Origin: a virus
Taxonomy: Duplodnaviria > Caudoviricetes
Length of the DNA stretch: 64,000 bases
IMG/VR virus record: IMGVR_UViG_3300030419_006251
Location: 136,761 to 200,760 of that record
Reading direction: 5' to 3' (one strand)
Part shown: positions 37,665-47,705 of the stretch, one piece after another
Layout of the letters: the number at the start of each line of letters is the position of its first letter
Position numbering within the stretch: position 1 is the stretch's first letter
The notes under the pieces: model-generated
Seen by the model: only the letters and a program-made list of their open reading frames with translations
What the model was told of the DNA's origin: nothing
Databases searched by the model: none
Program-made: the position numbers and the translations under genes

Positions 37665-40600
37665 TTATTTTGCTCCTTTTAATTTTGCTATAATTTGTTC
37701 TCGAATAACGCTCTCAAGATTAGTTCTCGATAATCTAATGGACTTTCCAACGAAAGCTTTATTAACTTGTTCTATAATTAGTTGTTTGATCGGGTCTTCG
37801 CTATAAATTCGATTATAATTTCTATTTTCGCGTAGATCTCTCTTCGGTACACCAGACTGGCCAGTAGTTCCGGTACGATTTTCTTCTGGTCTCATAAATC
37901 TAATCTCTGGAGGTTCTGTAAGATTCCATGCTTCTATAAGAGCGTTAAGAGATCTTTGCCATTCGCCCGACTCACTATCAAAGAAAGAATCTGGAATTCC
38001 ACCGGTTGCACCCCTAACTCCAGTGGCCGAAGCCATAAGATCTCCTGGGAAGACATTGATCACATTCGTGTGTGGATTATAAAATCCAATTTGCACAACA
38101 TCGCCAATAACCAGACCCTGGGGACCAGTGTCTTGAATATAGAATTTGGTTCGATCGCGTGTCCCTCCTTGTTCAATTTCCCACCGAAACATATTAGCAT
38201 CTGAAGCAAAGGTCTCCGCCAAAGCAGCCTGCGCTGCCGAATCAACTTCAGTTTGTGCGTTTAATGACCCAACGACATTACCTTGTGTATTTGTATATCG
38301 AGGATTGACGCTGGAAGTTTCCGGATTACCTTCAGAAGCAGCTTCAGAGTTATTGGCTAACCAATCTTCTAGCGATATGCCGGCCCGAGATGCCCTGTAT
38401 CTTTCAACAGAATCCGGTGCTTCTGGATTTCCTCCAACAACGACATATCGTCTACCCCGGCTTTCTGCTCCAGGTCCATACCACACATCATTAATTGGTA
38501 CAGTTTCTGGCTGTTGGCCTCTGAGGTGTGCGGGAATACGCTCTCGACGCATTGAACCATCAGCTTGAGTAACAAGCCTATACTCTCCTTCTTGTGAGCC
38601 TATAAGTGGCGCGCCTGGAGTTCCTCCGCCTTGAGCCATACGAGTAATATCTTCACCAGTTTGAGAACTAGGCAACTGTGCCCACATTGCTGCAACTATT
38701 GCTTCGGCCGGCGAGGGCATATCTTCAAGACCTTCTATATTTCCAATAAGTGGTCTTGCGTCACGCAAGCTTTCTGTTGCATATAATAGTTCTGGTGCAT
38801 ACTGTAACATCCAGCGCTGAGTCTCCGCGTCTGCTCCTCTTTTAGGATCCCACCAACCTCGATAGAAAGTTGCAGCAATATCGTCTCCAAATTTTCCATG
38901 AAGCATATCTTTTCTTCTGCCGTGTACCGCCTGATCCTCTAATACTTGTGAGTAACCATCCCAAAGTACTTTTTCGTCTTCAGTGGCTACATAATTATAC
39001 CAATAAGAGATAAAATCTGATGCATTTCCAATTGGGTCTAAGCCTCCAAGAGCCATTTCAACGCTGGTCATAGGAATGTTTTCTCCTTCTGGTATCGTAT
39101 CTGATCCTAAAGTAAACAAAGGTTGATCACCGTATTTTGTTTGCAAGCCGGCAGCATAATTTTCGCCTGAACCACCATGTAATTCAATAGATTCGTCATA
39201 TATGCTGATCATCTCTTCATCAGATGCCATAGGTCCTCGGCGTACCGGCTGTGAAGATGCATCAGCCCTGAATTCAGTCGGCCCTCCGAGACCCATAAGA
39301 TCCATCACGCCGGCTCCAATAGTAGGAATCATTCCCACATCACCGCCGGCATTGTGATAAAGAATCGTGTAATGTTCACCTTGGCGAAGAGTTCGAACCT
39401 GCAAGGCAGTCTGAGCTATATCAATATCTGCCACACCATCACCGTCATGATCATCTGGTAATAGGCCAGCCTCTTGCCATCGTCTTAACATATTGAGCCT
39501 AAATTCCATTTGGGTTGCAATACCCTCTTCACCCAAAACTCCAGCGCCAGGATCTCCAATTGCAGACATCATAATCGTCTCATATAGACTACGGCCGGCA
39601 TGCTTAACCATATCTGCATCAACCAAACCGATGCCTTGTATCTCTACAACATTCGTCGGCGCAGCAGCAATGCCAGTTTCCGGATCTACTTCCCCGGGTG
39701 CCGGCGCCCATGGCCTCTCTCGATTCTCCGGGTCTGACTCATCTAAAGACCAGGAACTTAATAAGCTAGTACTGTAGGCTGTCGCACGATCGGGATCTAA
39801 CATATCTCCCCGGGGAGTGAAGTTAGCTACAAATTCAAAAACAATATCTCTGTAGCTATTAAGTTGTTCATGATTCTCTCTTCCTTGATTAAAAAATCCC
39901 AAATGATGGCCAATATGAGCAGTAGTTCTACCCTCACTATAAACTCCACCATAATCAATCAAATACTGTGTAGTAGAAATGGGCTGAGCTTCCCCTGTTT
40001 CCGGATCAACATCATAATGATCTCTATAGAGAACCATATCACCCATAATATCAACAAATCCGGCGCCTAATTCTGTTTCAGATAAAGCTGTAAAATATTC
40101 TTGTTCAAATTCACTAGCATGCTCAGGCGGCCTAAGAATGTCTTCTGGCATAAAAGGACGATACATCGGTTCGTTTGGTGTATCTGGATTACCGTCTGTA
40201 TCAACTCCTTCTGGTGCCGCATCGTTTGCGATACATCCAACGGATTCGGGAGTCGACAGACCCATATTACTCATCGCTAGCGAACAAGCATCGTTTAGAT
40301 CAGCAACAGTTCTACTCTCCCCTGCCAACTCTCTAGCGGTAGCAGATTTCATTAATAATAGCTGATTCATTCTGTGAAGCATTTCAACTCTTTCAAATTC
40401 TTCGGCACGGCTTTCTATTAAATTTGCGCTTGGATCTGCAGATCCAATAACTTCTGTATTGATAATTCTTCTAAGCGCCGGCCCGTATCTTGGGTCCTCA
40501 GAAGCACTGGTTAAGAGTTCTGTGTTTTCTAAAATTTGTGCGTCATCTAAATCGCTTAGATCTTCTGCTTGATATAGACCACTTTGAACAGCATATGTGC

Positions 40601-43600
40601 GTAATTGATTAGTGAACTCTCTTCTTTGTTCAGTTATGGTTGCAAACGGAGGAGAAATCATTGCTACGATATTTGCGGCGCTTTGCGAATTTACTCGACC
40701 AAGCTGATCAAATGTTGTTTCATATACTTCGCCCGTTGGTTGACCTCCTATCGTAACTTCTCCGCTGACACTAGCATCTTCAAGCTCAGGATAATCTACC
40801 AACACCTCTTCCCGGGGAACGCCCATAGTCATTAACATTAATACTGCAGATTGTGTGTCGGCGCCCATATCAGAAAACCTTGCATCACCGCTAGCAAGTT
40901 GTTGAAATGCTTCGCGTACTCCTGGCTGTGATATTGCGGCTCTAATAGCCGGGTCTAAAGTACTAGGATCACTTTCAAATATTTGTTGATATAAGTCGCT
41001 CGTATTAACTCGCGGTCTATCCTCACCAAAAATAGTATCTAGAGCAGTGGTCGCATATCTGTTGAAGGCAGTATCTGCAATATATTCTCTATCAAAAGCT
41101 TCACCAGTAAATGCTCTTGTTTGAGACATAAACTGTGCTCTTCTTCCTGCAAGAGATGTTGAAATATTATCATTAAAAGTGAGGTAAATTTCATCTGCCC
41201 TTTGTTCGCTATTATAACTTAAAATATTTTGCTCGCCACAAATATAATCAGCGCCGTCAGCTAAACCGGGTGTATATTGATTTGTTGATGTTCTGTGCAC
41301 CGCGCCAAGCTCTCTTATTCCGCCGCTTTTTTTACTTGAGGTTTGGCCGGCCGAGAAACCACTTACAGAAGGATTATAACAATTTATATTATTAACCAGT
41401 TCATTATAAGCAATTGCTGCATCAGAACCCTGTCTTTTATCAAACAAGTCTGGTCCGAAGGCTAGATTCCGTGCTTCAGGGTTTGACCAGTAGGAAGCGG
41501 GAATATCTATGCCGGCCTCATGTGCTTTAGTATATGCAGGAATATTTGCCGCGGCAACACCTTCTTCTCGAAAACGCGCCAACGCTTCTTCATCTTGGTT
41601 GGCTATAGCTCCCTGAACGCCACCAATTGTTATATTTTGAGTTCCCGGAGTGTCAGGATCCGCGTCCCACCACGGTATTTCTATGCCCTCTCGATCTCCT
41701 GCCATGTCAGCCGCGGCCATAGAGCCCCAAATGCCTGCCCGGGCCAAATCACCAGCAGACAGAACACCTCTAGTAAGGTTGGTAACTCTTCCGGCACCTT
41801 CTCCGGTAGCGTGCCTCGCGAGACCGGTCCATCCGCGGCTTCCGGGCATAACGCGACTAGAATGAATTCCTCCTCTTTCTAATGCCCGGGCAGTCGATCC
41901 GCGAGTACCTGTTGCGAGGCCTCTACCTCCTGTTTGGCCTAAAAATCGTGTTGCAGACTCCGAACCTTTCGTAGCTAATTGACTTGCTGCCGGCGTCATT
42001 CGAATAACATTTCCACCTCCTACCGCTGCACCACCTGCTGCTGTTCCTCCTCTGCTGGCAGCCACTCCTCCACGGCCGACCACTCCTAACTTTCCAACCG
42101 CCAGTGGCCCAAGGTTAAGAGCTGTTTGGCCTGCAACATCACCCATCATACTCCAGAAAGGATCACCCTCTTCATCAAGCTCCCAGTGAGCAGATTGTCG
42201 CTCTAGATCGCCAATTAAGTTACCTCCCAGGTCTTCTATAGCGCCGGCATATAAATCACTACCATATTCAATTTCTCCGCTAGCTAATTGTCGAGCCAAG
42301 CGCCGCTGCCCAGCATCGTATTGTTCGCGTTCGGTACTAATGAGATTCTCAATCTCATCGTCATCCGTTACCATGTGGTACGCCGCGGTACCGAGCATTT
42401 CTCCGCCGGCCACGAAGGCGCTTGGAGAGCATGTAGTGTTAGTTGGAACAAAATTTTGCCAGCTGTACCAGCTACATTCTTCGGTTAATAAATCTTTATT
42501 CTCGGTTAGAATTTTACTGTTTGCTTTCTTATTTTCTTCAAATTTGCTCGCGTCTATAGTAAAAGGATCAATACCAGCCAGCTTCATCATTCTTTGGGCT
42601 TCATTTAAAGTAATTTTTTTATTCTTTTTAATTTTAGTATTTGAAGGTTTTTTATCTTTCATATGAGGTTTTCCTTTGGTATTATTAATCGCTTGCTGAA
42701 CTGCCGCCCTTATTTGTAATTCTTCCGATAATGTTAATGATTCCGATAGTCCTGTACCATCTCCCTCTTCTTCCCAATAAAACTTTATTCGTTTATCGAT
42801 GGACTCCAACTGCTTTGCCAATTCATCTATAAGAGATATTGCTTTAGGATCAGGCCGGCCGGCCGCGTCTCCGGGAAACGCACCGCTATTAATTAGTGCT
42901 TTTTTAAAGTCTACTATATCAATATATGGACTTGTAGCCAAAACTTGCTTTACTGTCCTATATAGTATGCCCTTATTTACACTAGCGTTATTTGGAAATC
43001 CAGCATTTTTTAAAGCTCTTGATATCTGAGAATTATTAAGCTGCACTGTTCTTGTCGGCGCGCCACTGCTTAAATCTGGCGCTGGTGCCTGTTGTGTCTC
43101 AATGCCAGGATCAATATTCTCAACTTTATACCAATTAAACTTTTTTTCTGGGTCTCCGCCAGGAATGGGCCCAAAATTATTTCTTCCTAAATTACCTTTC
43201 CCTTCTATAACCTCTAAAATTTTAAATATTTCGGATGTAGAATATCCATATACTGCTATGCTCAATTCTTCAGCTGTTATTATTGGTTTTTTCCAGTTAT
43301 CTATTACCTGTTTTGCTGTAGATAAATGTTCAGGATTTATAGAAGCTTCTTCGGGCTCTGCAGGCTGGCCGTCCTCATCCCAATCAACCTCAACTGGCAA
43401 AGTAGAGGGACTTGCTCTGGGATCTGGCCTGTCAGTAATACTTGCAGGAGGTGTTCCTGTAGGGGCTTCACTTGAATCTATAGGAAATCCATAATATTCT
43501 TCTGCGCTTAGTGATTCTGGCGGCGTTTCTACCTTAAGGCTTTCAGGTCCAGGCTCAGGTTCAACTGGATCTTCGCCATAGCCTTGCTTATTAATGATAT

Positions 43601-44486
43601 CTGAATATTTTCTATAGATATTCATTTTTTTATTCATATTAATTTCATCTTCATATAAAGCAGAATAGAATGCTTTTTTAAGCTGCTCTTTGCCTTTATG
43701 TAGAAAGATCCACTTGATCCAACCTTGCACATTATCCGGAAATCTTTTAGTTTCCGATTCTTCATTTAATATTCTTAAAATTGTTTCGAAAAGATCATCA
43801 CTATCATCGTCATCTTTTTTCTTTTTCTCTGTTCCGGATACAGAAATATCATCGCCCTGCCCTTCTGGTTGTGGTCTTCTATCCCAATGTGGGCCAGGGT
43901 CTTCTTCATTATAGTGTTCTTGAGATTTTTCCTTAAGATCAACATTTTTAAGACTATAATTATAGCCAAGAGAAGACGGATTAATCCCAAGAGGACTCCA
44001 ACCTTTCCGGCCGGCCCGTTTGGCCATCAAATCCTCAATAACGCCTTCGTTTAAAGTCCACTGTTGTTTCTGCTTATATTCATCTTCCCAGTCTCGAAAG
44101 CATAAGTTACCCAACTCATAAGCTTCTCGCTCCATCTCTCGCAAATGATCGTCTTCTTGAGCATACCCTAAGCTCATTTCGCCGATATCATCGAACATTC
44201 CATTGCAATTTTGTGTATGGTGTACTAATTCGTGTGAAAGAGAGCGTAATATATCTTTTATATGTCTTCCGTCGACAAAAATACTAATAGCCATCTCACC
44301 TGGGTCATAATAGCCAGTTTTTCCAAGAGGATTTAGAGAATTTTCTTCATCTGAAAGCAACGAAACAGAGACAGGTTCAGAAAAACCCATAACAGATTGT
44401 GCATGAGGCAAAAATTCGTTTGCTAAATCGATTAAATCAGTTAAATCGATATCAGATTCATTAGTTATATCAACATTACAGGGCAT
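37665..44486 (-). CDS. 2273-aa protein with N-terminal HExxH metallopeptidase-like domain
   Basis: LRSLSHELVHHTQ near residue 85; Gly/Ala-rich central segment; DHDGDGVAD Ca-binding-like motif. Confidence 0.7.
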   Translation of the reverse strand: MPCNVDITNESDIDLTDLIDLANEFLPHAQSVMGFSEPVSVSLLSDEENSLNPLGKTGYYDPGEMAISIFVDGRHIKDILRSLSHELVHHTQNCNGMFDDIGEMSLGYAQEDDHLREMEREAYELGNLCFRDWEDEYKQKQQWTLNEGVIEDLMAKRAGRKGWSPLGINPSSLGYNYSLKNVDLKEKSQEHYNEEDPGPHWDRRPQPEGQGDDISVSGTEKKKKDDDDSDDLFETILRILNEESETKRFPDNVQGWIKWIFLHKGKEQLKKAFYSALYEDEINMNKKMNIYRKYSDIINKQGYGEDPVEPEPGPESLKVETPPESLSAEEYYGFPIDSSEAPTGTPPASITDRPDPRASPSTLPVEVDWDEDGQPAEPEEASINPEHLSTAKQVIDNWKKPIITAEELSIAVYGYSTSEIFKILEVIEGKGNLGRNNFGPIPGGDPEKKFNWYKVENIDPGIETQQAPAPDLSSGAPTRTVQLNNSQISRALKNAGFPNNASVNKGILYRTVKQVLATSPYIDIVDFKKALINSGAFPGDAAGRPDPKAISLIDELAKQLESIDKRIKFYWEEEGDGTGLSESLTLSEELQIRAAVQQAINNTKGKPHMKDKKPSNTKIKKNKKITLNEAQRMMKLAGIDPFTIDASKFEENKKANSKILTENKDLLTEECSWYSWQNFVPTNTTCSPSAFVAGGEMLGTAAYHMVTDDDEIENLISTEREQYDAGQRRLARQLASGEIEYGSDLYAGAIEDLGGNLIGDLERQSAHWELDEEGDPFWSMMGDVAGQTALNLGPLAVGKLGVVGRGGVAASRGGTAAGGAAVGGGNVIRMTPAASQLATKGSESATRFLGQTGGRGLATGTRGSTARALERGGIHSSRVMPGSRGWTGLARHATGEGAGRVTNLTRGVLSAGDLARAGIWGSMAAADMAGDREGIEIPWWDADPDTPGTQNITIGGVQGAIANQDEEALARFREEGVAAANIPAYTKAHEAGIDIPASYWSNPEARNLAFGPDLFDKRQGSDAAIAYNELVNNINCYNPSVSGFSAGQTSSKKSGGIRELGAVHRTSTNQYTPGLADGADYICGEQNILSYNSEQRADEIYLTFNDNISTSLAGRRAQFMSQTRAFTGEAFDREYIADTAFNRYATTALDTIFGEDRPRVNTSDLYQQIFESDPSTLDPAIRAAISQPGVREAFQQLASGDARFSDMGADTQSAVLMLMTMGVPREEVLVDYPELEDASVSGEVTIGGQPTGEVYETTFDQLGRVNSQSAANIVAMISPPFATITEQRREFTNQLRTYAVQSGLYQAEDLSDLDDAQILENTELLTSASEDPRYGPALRRIINTEVIGSADPSANLIESRAEEFERVEMLHRMNQLLLMKSATARELAGESRTVADLNDACSLAMSNMGLSTPESVGCIANDAAPEGVDTDGNPDTPNEPMYRPFMPEDILRPPEHASEFEQEYFTALSETELGAGFVDIMGDMVLYRDHYDVDPETGEAQPISTTQYLIDYGGVYSEGRTTAHIGHHLGFFNQGRENHEQLNSYRDIVFEFVANFTPRGDMLDPDRATAYSTSLLSSWSLDESDPENRERPWAPAPGEVDPETGIAAAPTNVVEIQGIGLVDADMVKHAGRSLYETIMMSAIGDPGAGVLGEEGIATQMEFRLNMLRRWQEAGLLPDDHDGDGVADIDIAQTALQVRTLRQGEHYTILYHNAGGDVGMIPTIGAGVMDLMGLGGPTEFRADASSQPVRRGPMASDEEMISIYDESIELHGGSGENYAAGLQTKYGDQPLFTLGSDTIPEGENIPMTSVEMALGGLDPIGNASDFISYWYNYVATEDEKVLWDGYSQVLEDQAVHGRRKDMLHGKFGDDIAATFYRGWWDPKRGADAETQRWMLQYAPELLYATESLRDARPLIGNIEGLEDMPSPAEAIVAAMWAQLPSSQTGEDITRMAQGGGTPGAPLIGSQEGEYRLVTQADGSMRRERIPAHLRGQQPETVPINDVWYGPGAESRGRRYVVVGGNPEAPDSVERYRASRAGISLEDWLANNSEAASEGNPETSSVNPRYTNTQGNVVGSLNAQTEVDSAAQAALAETFASDANMFRWEIEQGGTRDRTKFYIQDTGPQGLVIGDVVQIGFYNPHTNVINVFPGDLMASATGVRGATGGIPDSFFDSESGEWQRSLNALIEAWNLTEPPEIRFMRPEENRTGTTGQSGVPKRDLRENRNYNRIYSEDPIKQLIIEQVNKAFVGKSIRLSRTNLESVIREQIIAKLKGAK

Positions 44487-44496
44487 TATATAATAA

Positions 44497-44775
44497 TTAG
44501 TTGCTTTTTTTGCGTTTGGAAAGTAATTTTAACCTAATAATAAGTACTTCTTGTTCACTGTATCCGTCACCTTGCAAAAAAAAGACCCGTGCATACGCAA
44601 CGGGCCTTGAGCCTTTTATCTTAGTATAAAATTCTTTTATAATTCCATAATTGTTTTTTGAATGTTTACCTAAGTCTTTCCATGTTACTAAATCGCCAAT
44701 ACATAAATCATCAGCAAACTTAATTCCAAGCGCTTTTTCTTTCTTTTCTTCGATGCCGCTCATAATACAGTACAT
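44497..44775 (-). CDS. SH3/KOW-like small protein
   Basis: IGDLVTW...YGIIKE...ARVF...LKLLS. Confidence 0.55.
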   Translation of the reverse strand: MYCIMSGIEEKKEKALGIKFADDLCIGDLVTWKDLGKHSKNNYGIIKEFYTKIKGSRPVAYARVFFLQGDGYSEQEVLIIRLKLLSKRKKSN

Positions 44776-44853
44776 TAAAATACACGCCGGCGCTTATAAT
44801 AGCTACCGCACCTATAAATAGACCATATTCAATTGTCTTATGTATTTTTTTTC

Positions 44854-45024
44854 TCATATTCCAATTCCATATAATATAAGATATCGCTCGTCTGATTCTA
44901 TGATTCCGCCTTTCCGTGTCAATACTTTGCATCGCCGGCTTATCTGATCTAACTCAAGCAATAGACCAACAATACTACCATAAGTTGTCCGAATTTCAAC
45001 TAAATTACCAATTTCAAATATCAT
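44854..45024 (-). CDS. SH3/KOW-like small protein (56 aa)
   Basis: MIFEIGNLVEI...GLLLE...CKVL; ATGA overlap with the upstream stop. Confidence 0.55.
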   Translation of the reverse strand: MIFEIGNLVEIRTTYGSIVGLLLELDQISRRCKVLTRKGGIIESDERYLILYGIGI

Positions 45025-45488
45025 TTTGAATGCTTGTCCGCAATTGATGAAGACGCCCACGAATCCGGCTTGACTTTACACGAAAATCCGCTACTTTTAG
45101 CATATCCAGTCAACATATCGGAATATTGCGCAGTTGCTCCTTCAGCGGTGGACGCCCCAATATCTAAATGCAATTCAATATTGGCTTTTGGACAATCTTC
45201 ATGTATTTTAAGCGCAAAATAAATTGTTTTTTCGACTTCAGCCATAATTCTAGACAACAGTACTTTAAACTTTTTTGCGCTAGGCTTATTTTTTTGTATA
45301 AAATACCTTCCACCCTCAAGTTTTCCACCATGAAGACATATAGCAGTAGCGAACACACAGTGTTTTTTTGTTAAAAAAGAATCAGTACCAATATACACAG
45401 TACCACCAGCTTTCGTGTGGTTTTCGACAACTTTAATTAAGTCCTTATACTCTATTTCATATCCCGTACCGGTATACCAAATACTCAT
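45021..45488 (-). CDS. RNase H-like YkuK family protein
   Basis: VYIGTDS, FATAICLH, EVEKT, IELHLD, KVKPDSWASS.IAD.H. Confidence 0.8.
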   Translation of the reverse strand: MSIWYTGTGYEIEYKDLIKVVENHTKAGGTVYIGTDSFLTKKHCVFATAICLHGGKLEGGRYFIQKNKPSAKKFKVLLSRIMAEVEKTIYFALKIHEDCPKANIELHLDIGASTAEGATAQYSDMLTGYAKSSGFSCKVKPDSWASSSIADKHSK

Positions 45489-45506
45489 ACTATTAATATA
45501 TAGCGT

Positions 45507-46547
45507 TTAAACGGTCATGTCAACAGTATTTTCAAGTTCTTTAAGGGCGTCTTCCATATTTTTTTCAACATCTTCCATTTCCGCATCAAAATTAGCATCC
45601 GCCACAGCGCCCTCGCCGGTTATCATGCCTTCTTCTTCATTAGGCAACTCAGTTTCAATATCCCCTTCTCCCGCTGCAGCCGCGGCTGCATCGGTATTTT
45701 GTGCGTCAATGGTGTCGTCGTCTGGCATAAACTCATCCATATCCATTTGCTCTTTTATTCCAGCTATTTTTCTCCATCGGCGGAGAGTTGACTCTTCAAT
45801 CGGCTCATCAGTAGCTACAGGAATTCCAGGAACGCCGGAAATTTTTCCATCTTCATGGTCACTTAATGTATCAACACCAAAGACTTCCTTATCAGAAGAC
45901 TTAGCTTCTTCTTTCAATAACTGTAATAACTCTTGTCTGATTATTTGTTCAAGCGTTTTCTCTTTCTGTGTTTTTGGGATGGACTCGGTTGCAGCTGCGC
46001 GGACGGCTTCAGGCGTCTCTTCGCCTCGCTCAAAGGCATCCATGGCTGACTTCATATCTCTAACCTCACTCGGAGATCGACCGCCGGGGAGCCAGCCGCC
46101 CATTTTATAGTCGGCGGACCGATACCGACGGGAACGCAGACCTGTATCCCCCGTGTCTCCGGTGTCTCCTGTGTCTTGTTCATTCAAAGAATCGACAACG
46201 GATTTAGGCCTTCGCTGACCGCGGAAGCGTTGTATGGGTTCTCCCAATTCGTCGACACCTTCTTTTTCGTGAGGCCCTAGGGATTCGACAAAATGATGTT
46301 TTAAACCGGGCGGGTCGATACATCCACCAGAATCAGATTCGACGCATGTTTGTTCACGGCCGGCCGCCGGTTCTGGCATTGTCGCGGATCCGCCTCGTGC
46401 ACCCATGCCTTGTGTAAATCCAGCTTCGACGCCGTTACGGTGCATGCCCGCGCCCCTAGCTTCGCGTAAAATTTTTCTTTTGTTAGCTAATAATTCTTCG
46501 CGGATAATTTTTTCTACTTGTTGCCTACGCTTACTTTCTCTACTCAT
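45507..46547 (-). CDS. Acidic putative virion-internal protein
   Basis: Repeated LE.IIREEL motifs, DTGDTGDTG, RWRKIAGIKE. Confidence 0.55.
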   Translation of the reverse strand: MSRESKRRQQVEKIIREELLANKRKILREARGAGMHRNGVEAGFTQGMGARGGSATMPEPAAGREQTCVESDSGGCIDPPGLKHHFVESLGPHEKEGVDELGEPIQRFRGQRRPKSVVDSLNEQDTGDTGDTGDTGLRSRRYRSADYKMGGWLPGGRSPSEVRDMKSAMDAFERGEETPEAVRAAATESIPKTQKEKTLEQIIRQELLQLLKEEAKSSDKEVFGVDTLSDHEDGKISGVPGIPVATDEPIEESTLRRWRKIAGIKEQMDMDEFMPDDDTIDAQNTDAAAAAAGEGDIETELPNEEEGMITGEGAVADANFDAEMEDVEKNMEDALKELENTVDMTV

Positions 46548-46580
46548 TGAATAGTATGCCTCCGTTGCATATAATTAGTT

Positions 46581-46721
46581 TTATTTTAGTCTTTTGGCAA
46601 TAATTGCTAGCAAAATTATAACAGAAGCCTCGAAGCCAATAGCCCAGTAGCCAAAAAGGATTAACGCAAACCACAACGCGTCACGCAATAGCGGGTTAAT
46701 AACTTGGTCCAAGGGCTCCAT
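46581..46721 (-). CDS. 46-aa membrane peptide (not in ORF track)
   Basis: MEPLDQVINPLLRDALWFALILFGYWAIGFEASVIILLAIIAKRLK. Confidence 0.55.
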   Translation of the reverse strand: MEPLDQVINPLLRDALWFALILFGYWAIGFEASVIILLAIIAKRLK

Positions 46722-47035
46722 TAATTAAAGCCTAGGTCTATTATTTCATCTCCAGGCACCATAAAATACTGGCCTTGAAGATTGACAACATGATATCTAC
46801 CATCTTTATCTGGTTCAAGCGGTAATACATATACTTCCGTCCCCCGGCTAATGGTAATAATGCGGCGCTTTTCCGGTGCAAAGTAATATCCGGGCCCGCT
46901 TCCACTTATTACTTGATAGGGTACAAGATCGGTACTACCCTTCCTCTTAGAACCAGCTTTCATAAGGTTCTTGATATAATCATTAATATCATATGATCCG
47001 GATATTGACAGTGCCACTTGTTTATCTCCAATCAA
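46721..47035 (-). CDS. Hypothetical protein
   Basis: 104 aa ORF. Confidence 0.55.
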   Translation of the reverse strand: MIGDKQVALSISGSYDINDYIKNLMKAGSKRKGSTDLVPYQVISGSGPGYYFAPEKRRIITISRGTEVYVLPLEPDKDGRYHVVNLQGQYFMVPGDEIIDLGFN

Positions 47036-47056
47036 AAGTAACTATAACGCTAAGCA

Positions 47057-47320
47057 TCAAATATCATATTTCTGCGCATTTTTCTGTGCAGCCTTAGCCA
47101 CCAAGTCTAGCGAATGATCTGCATACCAGTGTTGGCCAACCTTATCCATTCGCTGAATCAGATATAGTTCATGCGCGAAATAGCTATGCGTATGTGGCGG
47201 GTCTGGCCTCTCTATTATGCGCAATACTATACCTAGGCCGGCATCCTTAACAATATCACCATCGGCATAATAGTCAAACCACTTAACCAAATCGCCTACA
47301 TCTACCTTCTCACTCTGCAT
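47057..47320 (-). CDS. SH3/KOW-like small protein
   Basis: VGDLVKW...GLGIVL...WY...LDLV. Confidence 0.6.
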   Translation of the reverse strand: MQSEKVDVGDLVKWFDYYADGDIVKDAGLGIVLRIIERPDPPHTHSYFAHELYLIQRMDKVGQHWYADHSLDLVAKAAQKNAQKYDI

Positions 47321-47352
47321 ATCACCTACAATATAACATATTATTCATATCT

Positions 47353-47685
47353 TTACAATTTTTTCTGGGAATTTTTTGGCAACTTGGCCCTCGACAATAA
47401 CTTAAGTTCTTTACGAAGGTATAGCCCGGGCTTTATATCTCTATCTAACCACTTCACTTTAAGATATATGTTATTCCTAACCTCGATTACTATACCTGCA
47501 CCATCTATAATCCTTAAGTCTTCCGGAATCGGATCGACATACTGCACTAAATCGCCTACTCTAATCAGTTCAAGCTGCACTTCCGGTTCTTTTACTTTCA
47601 CTCTTTTAATTAGCGAGAATGTAAAAATCTGGAAAAATGGCTTAGGGATCGCGAATGTATCTGCGCGCAGCTTAAGAATCCCCAA
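47353..47685 (-). CDS. SH3/KOW-like protein (start uncertain)
   Basis: RVGDLVQY...GAGIVIEV...LKVKW...LKLLS. Confidence 0.5.
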   Translation of the reverse strand: MGILKLRADTFAIPKPFFQIFTFSLIKRVKVKEPEVQLELIRVGDLVQYVDPIPEDLRIIDGAGIVIEVRNNIYLKVKWLDRDIKPGLYLRKELKLLSRAKLPKNSQKKL

Positions 47686-47705
47686 TGATTCCGCGGACTT
47701 AGATT

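Noticed and set aside
46130-46170. GTGTCTCC-type short tandem repeat as a regulatory or phase-variable tract
   Set aside because: It is a 9-bp in-frame DTG-DTG-DTG coding repeat in a low-complexity linker.
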